This document shows positions 27,824-36,302 of a stretch of 37,967 nucleotides of DNA, in pieces. This stretch comes from Agathobacter sp. (lineage in GTDB: Bacteria; Bacillota; Clostridia; Lachnospirales; Lachnospiraceae). Position numbers and translations under genes: made by a program. A model generated the notes under the pieces. That model did no database searches, was not told the origin of the DNA, and saw nothing but the letters and a program-made list of their open reading frames with translations. The DNA lies in the NCBI GenBank assembly GCA_017407605.1, contig JAFQWG010000055.1:1-37967 (forward strand). Reading direction: 5' to 3'. Each line of letters opens with the position of its first letter. Within the stretch, counting starts at the first letter, position 1.

Positions 27824-27880
27824 AAAAAAGTTGTCGCAAAACGGTTGCTGTAAAAGCCCCCATTTTAACGACAACCTCTT
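27824..27880 (-). terminator. Long imperfect hairpin after yajC (probable terminator)
   Basis: GTTGTCG-CAAAACGG...CCATTTTAA-CGACAAC (27830-27875); T6 tract on minus strand (27829-27824). Confidence 0.55.
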
Positions 27881-27901
27881 AAACGTCTTTGTTTATTCTA
27901 C

Positions 27902-28216
27902 TTAAGCGTTTTCTGGTTTTTCAACCATAGCTACTGCAGATTTCTGCATTGGAATACGGCAGTTTCTGTTATTACCAAATTCAACGATAACTGTGTCATC
28001 TGCAATATCGATAACTACGCCATAGAATCCACTTGTAGTAAGTACTGTATCACCTACTGCTAATTCGCTAAGCATGATATCTTTCTTTTTCTGTTCTTTC
28101 TGCTGTGGGCGAATCATCATAAAATACATTGCTGCGAATAAAATAATCATTGGGAGAATAGATGTTGCAAATGCTTCTCCGCCAGACATTGTTGCTGCTA
28201 AAATTGAGTACATCAA
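27902..28216 (-). CDS. yajC: Preprotein translocase subunit YajC
   Basis: MYFMMIRPQQK...LAVGDTVLTTSGFYGVV; AGGAGG RBS; start is TTG 28216 or ATG 28213. Confidence 0.93.
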   Translation of the reverse strand: MMYSILAATMSGGEAFATSILPMIILFAAMYFMMIRPQQKEQKKKDIMLSELAVGDTVLTTSGFYGVVIDIADDTVIVEFGNNRNCRIPMQKSAVAMVEKPENA

Positions 28217-28248
28217 TTTTTCCTCCTATCAATCAAACTATGCAAAAT

Positions 28249-28277
28249 ATTATACTAAATATCCCTCAATAGGGCAA
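28249..28277 (-). promoter_or_regulatory. Putative sigma-A promoter of yajC
   Basis: TTGCCC (28277-28272) - 17 bp - TATAAT (28254-28249). Confidence 0.6.
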
Positions 28278-28280
28278 GCC

Positions 28281-30452
28281 TTAAATTTCATACCACACAA
28301 TTTGATTTGCATCTAAATGTAACTCAAAGCTGCTTCCATCTCCACGGTATACAATCGTATCCTGTGGTTCATATGTATTATTTACTACACAGTATTTGCC
28401 ATTCTTAACAAATGCATGTACTTCAACGTTATAGTTAGAACTAAACCATTTCTGTAAATCACCTTCACTATTAGCACTCCAAAGAATACTTCTATAAAGA
28501 ATACGGCTGTTTTCAAAGCTATATGGAAGTCCGCTAATATAAACTGCACGGCCTTTTCCAAATGAATTTACAGCCATCTGGACTTCTTTTTCACGTTGAA
28601 CTAAAATTTCGGTATTTTCGTATGCAAAGATATTCTTCTTTCCTTCACCGAAATCAACGGGTTTTGTGGTATCTGCTAAAATAAAGTGGTCTGGATGTTC
28701 GTCCCAGTTGTATTTGTCGTAGTTTAAAGTAAAGCCTGTTTCTTTTTCTACCCCAAGCACATTTGCAAGCTGGAAATAATGACCCTGATACTGATGTCCA
28801 GAAGGTTCACCAACACCAATAAATCCACCACCGTTGTAAACAAATTCACGAATTGCAGAAGAAACTTTCGCATTTTCCCAAATTGCTCCACCTGTATGTG
28901 CAGTATCTCCATCACCAACATTGATGATTACATCGATATCCTTTAAAATATCAGGATTCTTTTCTACATCATCAAAAGAAATAAATACTACATCAAATGG
29001 TGCACCACTTAATGCTTCGATGATTCCTGCATAGCTGTAATTCTTTTTATAATACAATGCATGATGTACCATATGGCAACCCCAGCTGCGGATTTTACCC
29101 CAGCTATTTAATACTGCAACTTTCTTCACACAGTATGCTGTAGTACCTTTTGCATTTTCATATAATTCACGGAACTCATTACATACGCTTTCTACGTAAT
29201 CAATAAATTCAGGGAAATCTAATGCAAGTTTTAAGTATCCGCCATATCCAATACGATCAATTGGTTTACGTAAAATAGCACGTCTTGCTGTTACCCAGTT
29301 TTCTTTTGCTTCTTTTACAGGATCTCCGCCTTCATGGAATGTATCTGGGAAGAAGTATGGAAGGAAACGTCCTTCTGTGTATTTCACACCTTCAATATCA
29401 GAAATCAGACGAAGTGTAGAGCCATTTCCAACACTACCTACTACTGCATCCAAACCGATAGTCTTAAACTCTTCCATAAATGGCTCTGTTCCAATCCAAT
29501 GATCTCCTAAGAACATCATGGCTTCTTTTCCACATTCATGTGTAATATCTACCATCTCTTTTGCAAGAGCTGCAACTTCTCTTCTCTGGAACGCCTGGAA
29601 GTCTTTAAATTCCTTGCTAGGCACACGATACTGGTTGTTGTAATATCCCTGGTCAATGATATATTCTGGGCGGAATTTATAGCCTACTTCATTCTCAAAC
29701 TGTTCCAAAATATATGGACTTACAGAAGCTGAATATCCATACCAATCAACATATTTTTCACGTTTTAACTCATCAAACATGAGTGTAAACTGATGGAAAA
29801 ATGTGGTGTAACGAATTACATTTACATATGGATGTTCTTCACAGAACTTGCGAAGACGTTCCATACTGTATTTATGTGTCTTTGGCTGACGTACGTCAAA
29901 TGTAATCTGGTGTTCAAAATCTTTCCAATCATTGGTAACTGCATTGTACATATGTACTGGATCCCAGATTAAATAAGCCAAAAAGCTTACGGTATATTCA
30001 TGGAATTTTTCAGGATTTGTAATAACAACACATCCTATTTCTTCATCATAACTCCATTTTTCTACTGGCACTACTTCTCCAGTAGAACGATCTACAACTT
30101 CCCACCAGCGAGTAATATCATCACGAGTATTTACCTGCATTAATTCATCAGAGATACCTTTCATAAGAGGAATCCTTAAAGTATCTTCTGTTGCAGTATA
30201 AAAACCAGTCATAATGTAGCACTGCTGCACTTCATCTGGGTTGGCTTTTGCCCATTCATTGTCTTTTCTAGTTGTATAATAGGTAGAATAGATTTTCGCT
30301 CCAACTTTTGTAAGTTCTTCTGGAAACTCTGTACCATCACAGTCACGGATTGCATCCGCTCCCCAGCGTTTTAAAACTTCGATTGTTTCTGGTACAACAT
30401 CCAGATTAGTAGGAATCGTTACTCTTCCCTGTGTCTTTAATACTTCACTCAT
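28281..30452 (-). CDS. gnpA: 1,3-beta-galactosyl-N-acetylhexosamine phosphorylase (GH112, GNB/LNB phosphorylase)
   Basis: GRVTIP, WGADAIRDCDGT, WDPVHMYN, RYTTFFHQF, MMFLGDHWIGTEP (catalytic Asp), RFLPYFFPD; 723 aa. Confidence 0.95.
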   Translation of the reverse strand: MSEVLKTQGRVTIPTNLDVVPETIEVLKRWGADAIRDCDGTEFPEELTKVGAKIYSTYYTTRKDNEWAKANPDEVQQCYIMTGFYTATEDTLRIPLMKGISDELMQVNTRDDITRWWEVVDRSTGEVVPVEKWSYDEEIGCVVITNPEKFHEYTVSFLAYLIWDPVHMYNAVTNDWKDFEHQITFDVRQPKTHKYSMERLRKFCEEHPYVNVIRYTTFFHQFTLMFDELKREKYVDWYGYSASVSPYILEQFENEVGYKFRPEYIIDQGYYNNQYRVPSKEFKDFQAFQRREVAALAKEMVDITHECGKEAMMFLGDHWIGTEPFMEEFKTIGLDAVVGSVGNGSTLRLISDIEGVKYTEGRFLPYFFPDTFHEGGDPVKEAKENWVTARRAILRKPIDRIGYGGYLKLALDFPEFIDYVESVCNEFRELYENAKGTTAYCVKKVAVLNSWGKIRSWGCHMVHHALYYKKNYSYAGIIEALSGAPFDVVFISFDDVEKNPDILKDIDVIINVGDGDTAHTGGAIWENAKVSSAIREFVYNGGGFIGVGEPSGHQYQGHYFQLANVLGVEKETGFTLNYDKYNWDEHPDHFILADTTKPVDFGEGKKNIFAYENTEILVQREKEVQMAVNSFGKGRAVYISGLPYSFENSRILYRSILWSANSEGDLQKWFSSNYNVEVHAFVKNGKYCVVNNTYEPQDTIVYRGDGSSFELHLDANQIVWYEI

Positions 30453-30478
30453 AGATTCTCACCATCTATCTTTCCGTT

Positions 30479-30676
30479 TTATTTTCTTCTATCTCTGTAT
30501 GGATAGTTATAAATAGCAAGTGCTACTAATAACACACCCACACCGATTAACATTTGAATAAGTCCACCCAATTCTCCTGTCTGCTGCCAGCCTGTAAACA
30601 CAAGCACCAAACCTCCTACAAAACAAAGTAAAATGGATGCAACTCTTAAGACTGGATTATCATTAATAAAATTCAT
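30479..30676 (-). CDS. Small 2-TM membrane protein in GNB/LNB operon
   Basis: AGGAGG RBS; two hydrophobic helices; basic tail YNYPYRDRRK; tightly packed between permease and gnpA. Confidence 0.8.
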   Translation of the reverse strand: MNFINDNPVLRVASILLCFVGGLVLVFTGWQQTGELGGLIQMLIGVGVLLVALAIYNYPYRDRRK

Positions 30677-30688
30677 ATTAGTACCTCC

Positions 30689-31573
30689 TTAGCCTTTTAA
30701 TCCACCCATTGTCATACCCTGGGTTAACTGTTTTTGTACACAGATATAAAGAATTAATGTTGGTAACATTACAATTACAAGACCTGCGTACATCATACCA
30801 TACTGTGCAGCCGCCTGCTGTGCCTGCATCAGATTTAACAAACCTACTGGTAATGTCTTCTGTGCATCAAAACCATTCATAAGAGTCATGGAAATAATGT
30901 ACTCATTCCAGAAGGATAAGAAATTGAATAAAATTACAGTAATAATTGATGGTTTTGCCATAGGGAAAATAATACGAACCATTGTTGTAAAGAATCCCGC
31001 CCCATCAATATAAGCAGCTTCTTCATAATCATGAGGAAGTGTCACGAAATATCCAGACAAAAGATAAATCGTAAATGGTAATGCCGTAGCAGCATATACA
31101 ACTGCTAATACAAATAAATTATTTAATAAAAATCCCTGTCCTGTTAAACTACGAATCCAATTGTCTCCATCTCTTAACATTAAAAAGATAGGTACTACGA
31201 TGTAGTTTACGTTGATAAACAATCCTGCCATAAAAGCAGTATTTAAAAGTTTTGAACCTCTGAATTTAAATCTTGCCAATGCATAAGCAGCTGGTAAGGC
31301 CACTACCAACAAAATAATAAGTGCCAATGCTGTAACGATAACTGAATTAATCATGTAATCGCCCATCTGTGCCTTGTTCCACGCATTGATAAAGTTTTCA
31401 AAATAGAAACCGTTTGGTAAAGTCCATGGATTTCCATAAAATTCGCTATTTTCTTTCACAGAAGCCATAAAAACCCAAGCTACTGGAACTACAATACTTA
31501 TTGCTAGGGCAAAAAGCACAAAATATATAAAAAATCTATATAATTTTGTACCACCTAATTTATGTTCACTCAT
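30689..31573 (-). CDS. Carbohydrate ABC transporter permease (MalG-like)
   Basis: EAA loop YEEAAYIDGA; WNEY; TLPVGL; C-terminal GGLKG. Confidence 0.94.
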   Translation of the reverse strand: MSEHKLGGTKLYRFFIYFVLFALAISIVVPVAWVFMASVKENSEFYGNPWTLPNGFYFENFINAWNKAQMGDYMINSVIVTALALIILLVVALPAAYALARFKFRGSKLLNTAFMAGLFINVNYIVVPIFLMLRDGDNWIRSLTGQGFLLNNLFVLAVVYAATALPFTIYLLSGYFVTLPHDYEEAAYIDGAGFFTTMVRIIFPMAKPSIITVILFNFLSFWNEYIISMTLMNGFDAQKTLPVGLLNLMQAQQAAAQYGMMYAGLVIVMLPTLILYICVQKQLTQGMTMGGLKG

Positions 31574-31584
31574 CTCTTCACCTC

Positions 31585-32475
31585 CTAGATTTCTAATGGT
31601 TCACGTTCTGTAACCTTATTTACAATACCAGATAAAGCAAAGGAAAATAAGAAAATAATAACACCTACTGCCATACTATAACCATAGAGACCTGCATCTT
31701 TTTGATTGTACATATAGCCCAATGCTACTTGAGATGCTCCGTTTGGACCACCTGAAGTTAATGCGGTTACAAAAAGGAATGCCATATTGATAGTTGAAAT
31801 AATAAAGAAGGTTAAGGTTGTACGAATATTGGTCCAAATAAGAGGAATCGTAATAAGGAAAAACTGCTGGATTCTATTCGCGCCATCTAATCCAGCACTT
31901 TCATACAAGCTTTCGGAAACTGCCGAAATAGATGCCATATACATAACCATATAGTATCCGATTGCCTGCCAAACCATTGCAATAATAAGACTGACAATAA
32001 CTAATCCTTCGCCTTTCCAAAGGATTGGATTTGTCAGCACTTCTGGATTAAACAATCCAATAATGCTATTTAACATACCGTTTTCAGGTTTGTAAATTGC
32101 AGAGAAAATACCTGAAATTACTACAACAGATAAAATATTTGGAATATAGAAAATAATACGGAATAAATTCTTTCCTTTTACTTTTTCACGTGTAAGAATT
32201 GATGCAAATACGATAGCAAAACCAAATGTAATAATCGTAACCACAACAATCATTAAAATCATGTTCTGGCAGGAACGAATAAACTTTGGATCAGAAAAAG
32301 CTGCCTGAAAATTTGCAAGTCCTACGAATGTTTCTGTTGGAGAATAAGCACCTCTTTCAAATAATGACATGCGAAATACATTTGCTGTTGGCATAATCAT
32401 AAAAATGAAAAATAAAATTGTTGCCGGTGCCACACATGCAAAAAGAAAAAGGGTTCTTCCCATACTTTTTTTCAT
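31585..32475 (-). CDS. Carbohydrate ABC transporter permease (MalF-like)
   Basis: FVGLANF; LYESAGLDGA; ITIPLI; TSGGP. Confidence 0.94.
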   Translation of the reverse strand: MKKSMGRTLFLFACVAPATILFFIFMIMPTANVFRMSLFERGAYSPTETFVGLANFQAAFSDPKFIRSCQNMILMIVVVTIITFGFAIVFASILTREKVKGKNLFRIIFYIPNILSVVVISGIFSAIYKPENGMLNSIIGLFNPEVLTNPILWKGEGLVIVSLIIAMVWQAIGYYMVMYMASISAVSESLYESAGLDGANRIQQFFLITIPLIWTNIRTTLTFFIISTINMAFLFVTALTSGGPNGASQVALGYMYNQKDAGLYGYSMAVGVIIFLFSFALSGIVNKVTEREPLEI

Positions 32476-32524
32476 GAATTGTCACTCCCTTTCATAAATG
32501 GTAATTATGTGCTTCCTCTCGGAG

Positions 32525-32582
32525 CGTTTTTATAATGAAGATCGTCCATTATAAAAACGGCGGGCAGAAACCTGCCCGCCGT
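32525..32582 (-). terminator. Intra-operon stem-loop/terminator after SBP gene, overlapping a second hairpin
   Basis: Minus strand ACGGCGGGCAG-GTTT-CTGCCCGCCGT-TTTTAT; the U-tract is the 5' arm of a 13-bp stem CGTTTTTATAATG/CATTATAAAAACG (32525-32559). Confidence 0.75.
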
Positions 32583-32596
32583 CCCTTAGATAATCA

Positions 32597-33934
32597 TTAT
32601 TTAATAATATTTTCTCTCATTACATCTGTAGCTTCTTTAATTCCATCTACCCACTGTTCTGTTGTCATTGTTCCTTCAACTACTGAGTTAACTGGATCAA
32701 AGAATACTTCCTGAACTGTTCCAAGTCCTGCTACTGATTTGTATGCTGCGAAAGCGCCCATAGCTGCTTTTGCACCGTTGTCATAAATTGAGTAGAACAT
32801 TACGTTGTCGCCTTCTAACTTATCAGCGATGCCAAGTACTGGCTGAATTGCGCCATGTTTTGCAAAGATTTCACAAGCTTTGTCACTGTAAAGGAATGCA
32901 ACGAACTGTTTTGCTTCTTCTACATTCTGTGCACCTGATGGAATCCAAGCCTGTTCGAACCATGTAAAGCTGTATCCATCTCCACCTGCTTCTACTGCTG
33001 GAAGAGCTGTCATGCCCCATTTGAAGCCTTCTGCTCTTGGAGCTTCTGCCATTTCACTAACAACCCATGTACCATTTGTCATGAAGATTGCTTTGTTGTC
33101 TAATACTAACTGCTGGTTCTGTGTAAAGTCTTCACCATTTGCCTGAGCTGGTGTAGATGAATGTGTATAACCTGCTAATTTATCAAGGATTTCGAATACT
33201 TTCTGTCCTTCTGGAGTATCCCAAACACCTTCTTCATAGTTTGTTACTTTGTTGAATAATTCTGGTCCTCCTACTGAGTATACTAAAGCTGAGAAGAAAG
33301 CATCATAGTAACCTGCTGTTGGATATGTAAATAATGCAATACCTTCTGCTTTTGCTTTTTCTCCTAATTCCCACATTTCATCCCATGTTGTAGGAACTGC
33401 CCAGCCTTTTTCTTCTAATAAGCCAGCATTGTAGAATAATCCACATGGAGAGTAGAACATTGGAGCAAGGTATGTTTTGCCATCACCGTATGGGTTTGTT
33501 AAAGCTGTTTCTGTGAAACCACCTGCGATTTTGTCAGAAACTTTTGCTTCTTCACCAGGAACTGTCATAGATAATACATCTGTAATATCTGTGATAAGGT
33601 TATCCTTGATGAACTGTTCTGTTAATCCAGCTTCACGACCTGTTGCTAAATGAACAACATCTGGATACTGTCCACCCTGCATAGATGGTCCAATTACGTT
33701 TTCAAGTTCTTTGTCGATAATTAATTCAACTTCAACACCTGTTGTTTCTGTGTATGCTGCAGCAACTTCTTTCCAAAGATCTGCACCATAACCACCTTCG
33801 AATGCTGCAACAGTAATTTTCTTAGCACCTTCACCCTGAGCGTCTGCATCTGCATTATTGCCGCCGCCACAAGCTGTGAACATTGTAAGTACCATTGTTG
33901 CACACAAAAGTAAACTTAAAATTCTCTTTTTCAT
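32597..33934 (-). CDS. Carbohydrate ABC substrate-binding lipoprotein (probably GNB/LNB)
   Basis: Lipobox MFTAC; AAFEGGYG; GLFYN..LL...GW.VPTTWDE; substrate inferred from co-operonic gnpA. Confidence 0.9.
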   Translation of the reverse strand: MKKRILSLLLCATMVLTMFTACGGGNNADADAQGEGAKKITVAAFEGGYGADLWKEVAAAYTETTGVEVELIIDKELENVIGPSMQGGQYPDVVHLATGREAGLTEQFIKDNLITDITDVLSMTVPGEEAKVSDKIAGGFTETALTNPYGDGKTYLAPMFYSPCGLFYNAGLLEEKGWAVPTTWDEMWELGEKAKAEGIALFTYPTAGYYDAFFSALVYSVGGPELFNKVTNYEEGVWDTPEGQKVFEILDKLAGYTHSSTPAQANGEDFTQNQQLVLDNKAIFMTNGTWVVSEMAEAPRAEGFKWGMTALPAVEAGGDGYSFTWFEQAWIPSGAQNVEEAKQFVAFLYSDKACEIFAKHGAIQPVLGIADKLEGDNVMFYSIYDNGAKAAMGAFAAYKSVAGLGTVQEVFFDPVNSVVEGTMTTEQWVDGIKEATDVMRENIIK

Positions 33935-33980
33935 TTTAAATATCCTCCTTTAAAATTTACCTCAAAGTTATGATACTTAA

Positions 33981-34008
33981 AGTATAGCACTTAAAACAAG
34001 ACAATCAA
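33981..34008 (-). promoter_or_regulatory. Putative promoter of SBP-permease-gnpA operon
   Basis: Extended -10 TGC-TATACT (33989-33981); TTGATT at 34008-34003 (16-bp spacer). Confidence 0.55.
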
Positions 34009-34054
34009 TTTATATATTGCTATATTTTTTATATTTCTTGCGTTTTTATTATTT

Positions 34055-34166
34055 TTGTTATTTACTTACACTTTTAATAAAACTTTTTTGTACATGATTC
34101 ACAAATTGTTTGTGTTTTCCACACAAAAATGCTATAGTAATATTGTGAATTGTAAACATTTCACAA
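34055..34166. promoter_or_regulatory. Array of TTGT-N9-ACAA palindromes (putative operators)
   Basis: Perfect at 34088-34104, 34110-34126 and 34150-34166; one mismatch at 34055-34071. Confidence 0.6.
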
Positions 34167-34224
34167 GCAACAAACATAAACTTCAACTCAACAAAACAAC
34201 ATTTTAACATTTTTGAGGTGTTTT

Positions 34225-35085
34225 ATGGACTACACAGCACGATATAACAATTTAAATCTGGACTATTCTTCTTTTGACAAAGCAAAACTATTGTATGCCT
34301 CTGCATCTCGTTATAGCGGAGAATGGCATAGTAATCTTCACACACACTACTGTTCTGAAATCTTTTATATTACAGATGGGAGTGGACAATTTCAGATTGA
34401 AGACCAGATTTATCCGATTCATCCACATGATTTAGTAATCGTAAATCCAAACGTCTTACATACAGAATTAAGTCACAATTCTAATCCACTTTCCTATATT
34501 GTAATTGGAATCGAAGATGTAGAACTTACAACGCTAGAGGATGAAGATGATGTTTCTTTTTGTATCATTAACTTAAAAGAAATCAAAGACATCGTGCGTT
34601 TTTACTTTAACCAGATACTTGCCGAAATAAATAAAAAGACTCCTGATTCTGAAATCATGTGCAGAAACCTCACAGAAAACCTGGTAATTCTATTAAGTCG
34701 CCAAGCAAACTTTAGTGTCACTCTGACTCCAATTCAGAAAAAGAGTCCACGTGTATGTATTGCAGTAAGGCAATATATTGATCATCACTTCAAAGAAAAT
34801 ATAACCCTTGATACACTGGCAGACATTACACATGTAAGCAAATATCATCTAGTACATGTATTTACAGAAGAATACGGATTTTCACCAATTAATTATCTGA
34901 TATATAAACGTATTGAAGAAGGAAAGAAACTCCTTCAGACGACAGATTATTCCCTAGCTCTAATCGGACGAACACTTGGCTTTTCTTCTCCTAGCTATTT
35001 TTCACAGGCATTTAAAAAGCAAACCACCTATACGCCTATGGAATATCGCAAAATTAGCCGTCGCGAAAACCAACCGCTTACTTAA
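34225..35085 (+). CDS. AraC-family transcriptional regulator (cupin + double HTH)
   Basis: Start reassigned to ATG 34225 (GAGGTG RBS); HTHYCSEIFYI...HTE cupin; LGFSSPSYFSQAFKK...TPMEYRK. Confidence 0.93.
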   Translation: MDYTARYNNLNLDYSSFDKAKLLYASASRYSGEWHSNLHTHYCSEIFYITDGSGQFQIEDQIYPIHPHDLVIVNPNVLHTELSHNSNPLSYIVIGIEDVELTTLEDEDDVSFCIINLKEIKDIVRFYFNQILAEINKKTPDSEIMCRNLTENLVILLSRQANFSVTLTPIQKKSPRVCIAVRQYIDHHFKENITLDTLADITHVSKYHLVHVFTEEYGFSPINYLIYKRIEEGKKLLQTTDYSLALIGRTLGFSSPSYFSQAFKKQTTYTPMEYRKISRRENQPLT

Positions 35086-35123
35086 GCTAAAATACATTGT
35101 ACTTGAATACACTATCACACAAA

Positions 35124-35171
35124 AAACTCCTAAATAGATTTGGATTTTCATCCATTTCTATTTAGGAGTTT
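35124..35171. terminator. Bidirectional terminator between araC-like gene and kinase
   Basis: AAACTCCTAAATAGA/TCTATTTAGGAGTTT 15-bp stem with inner TGGAT/ATCCA stem. Confidence 0.85.
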
Positions 35172-35185
35172 CTTCATCTTAGGTA

Positions 35186-36301
35186 TTATTGGTTATACTT
35201 TGCAACGATATCACTCATGATATCCCATTTTGCTTCCATGTCTGATACAAGTTTAAACTGTGTTCTACAACGATCTAAGTTATGTTCTGGTCTATGAATC
35301 TTGAAATATACGTCACCCTGCAAATAGTCTGTTAAGAAACGCATACCACATTCAAAGGTCATAATCTTTGCTCCCATAGGAAGGAGTTCAATTTCTTTGG
35401 AAGTAAGCTTACCGCCACAGCCTTCAATAAATCCCTTGGTATATACTTCAAACAATTCCATATCACAACTGATTTTGCTCAAATCCTTCTCATCTTCTGC
35501 ACCTGTGCTGGCGCCTGAACGAATCGAATCACCAAAATCGTACATCGCAAGACCAGGCATAACAGTATCTAAGTCTACCACACAGATACCTTTACGAGTC
35601 ACATTATCAAGCATAATATTGTTAAGCTTTGTATCATTATGTGTTACACGAAGTGGAATTTCTTTACGATCAATCATTTCTGCAAAGAAGCATGCATCTT
35701 TTTCTCTATCAAGTACAAACTGAATTTCTTCCTGTACTTCAGATGCTCTGCCCTTCACATCTGCTTCTACTGCTTTCTTAAAGTTTGCAAAGCGATTTCT
35801 GGTATCATGAAACTTCTCAATAGTCTCATGCAAAGTCTCTGCTGGATAATCAGAAAGCATATTCTGGAAATTACCAAAAGAATATGCACTTTCATAAAAG
35901 TCATCTAAGCTTTCTGCCATATCATAACTGCTTGCATCTGTAACATATACATAAGCACGCCAATATTCACCCTCTGCATCTACATAATATGGAAGTCCAT
36001 CCTCTGCTGGAATAACATTTAAAGTTTCACGCATTGGATCCCCACCAGCAGCTTCAATCTTTTTATAAAGAAAACTGGTTACTCCCATAACATTTTCCAT
36101 AAGCTCTACTGGCTTTGGAAAAACATTCTTATTCATCATCTGAAGAATTACTTTCAAACGACCCATTTTACCAATCTGATACACCAATAAAAATGTATCA
36201 TTGATATGCCCATTTCCCCAACGGCAAACTTTTACTAAGTCACCCTCAAACTGGAAATGTTTTGCAACTTCTCTTACTCTTTCGTTATTTAATTCTGACA
36301 T
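35186..36301 (-). CDS. nahK: N-acetylhexosamine 1-kinase-like APH-fold phosphotransferase
   Basis: Start reassigned to ATG 36301 (GGGGGAG RBS inside tgt 3' end); GNGHINDT, RVTHNDTKLNN, DLDTVMPG, DFGDSIR, RFLTDYLQGDVYFK; near gnpA. Confidence 0.8.
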   Translation of the reverse strand: MSELNNERVREVAKHFQFEGDLVKVCRWGNGHINDTFLLVYQIGKMGRLKVILQMMNKNVFPKPVELMENVMGVTSFLYKKIEAAGGDPMRETLNVIPAEDGLPYYVDAEGEYWRAYVYVTDASSYDMAESLDDFYESAYSFGNFQNMLSDYPAETLHETIEKFHDTRNRFANFKKAVEADVKGRASEVQEEIQFVLDREKDACFFAEMIDRKEIPLRVTHNDTKLNNIMLDNVTRKGICVVDLDTVMPGLAMYDFGDSIRSGASTGAEDEKDLSKISCDMELFEVYTKGFIEGCGGKLTSKEIELLPMGAKIMTFECGMRFLTDYLQGDVYFKIHRPEHNLDRCRTQFKLVSDMEAKWDIMSDIVAKYNQ

Positions 36302-36302
36302 A

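Noticed and set aside
34143-34166. TTGTGAA...TTCACAA as a Rex operator
   Set aside because: Half-sites are 10 bp apart rather than 4; better explained by the TTGT-N9-ACAA site at 34150.
35186-36301. Aminoglycoside-resistance phosphotransferase
   Set aside because: APH fold, but GHINDT/HNDTK/DLDT motifs, length and gnpA context indicate a NahK-like sugar kinase.
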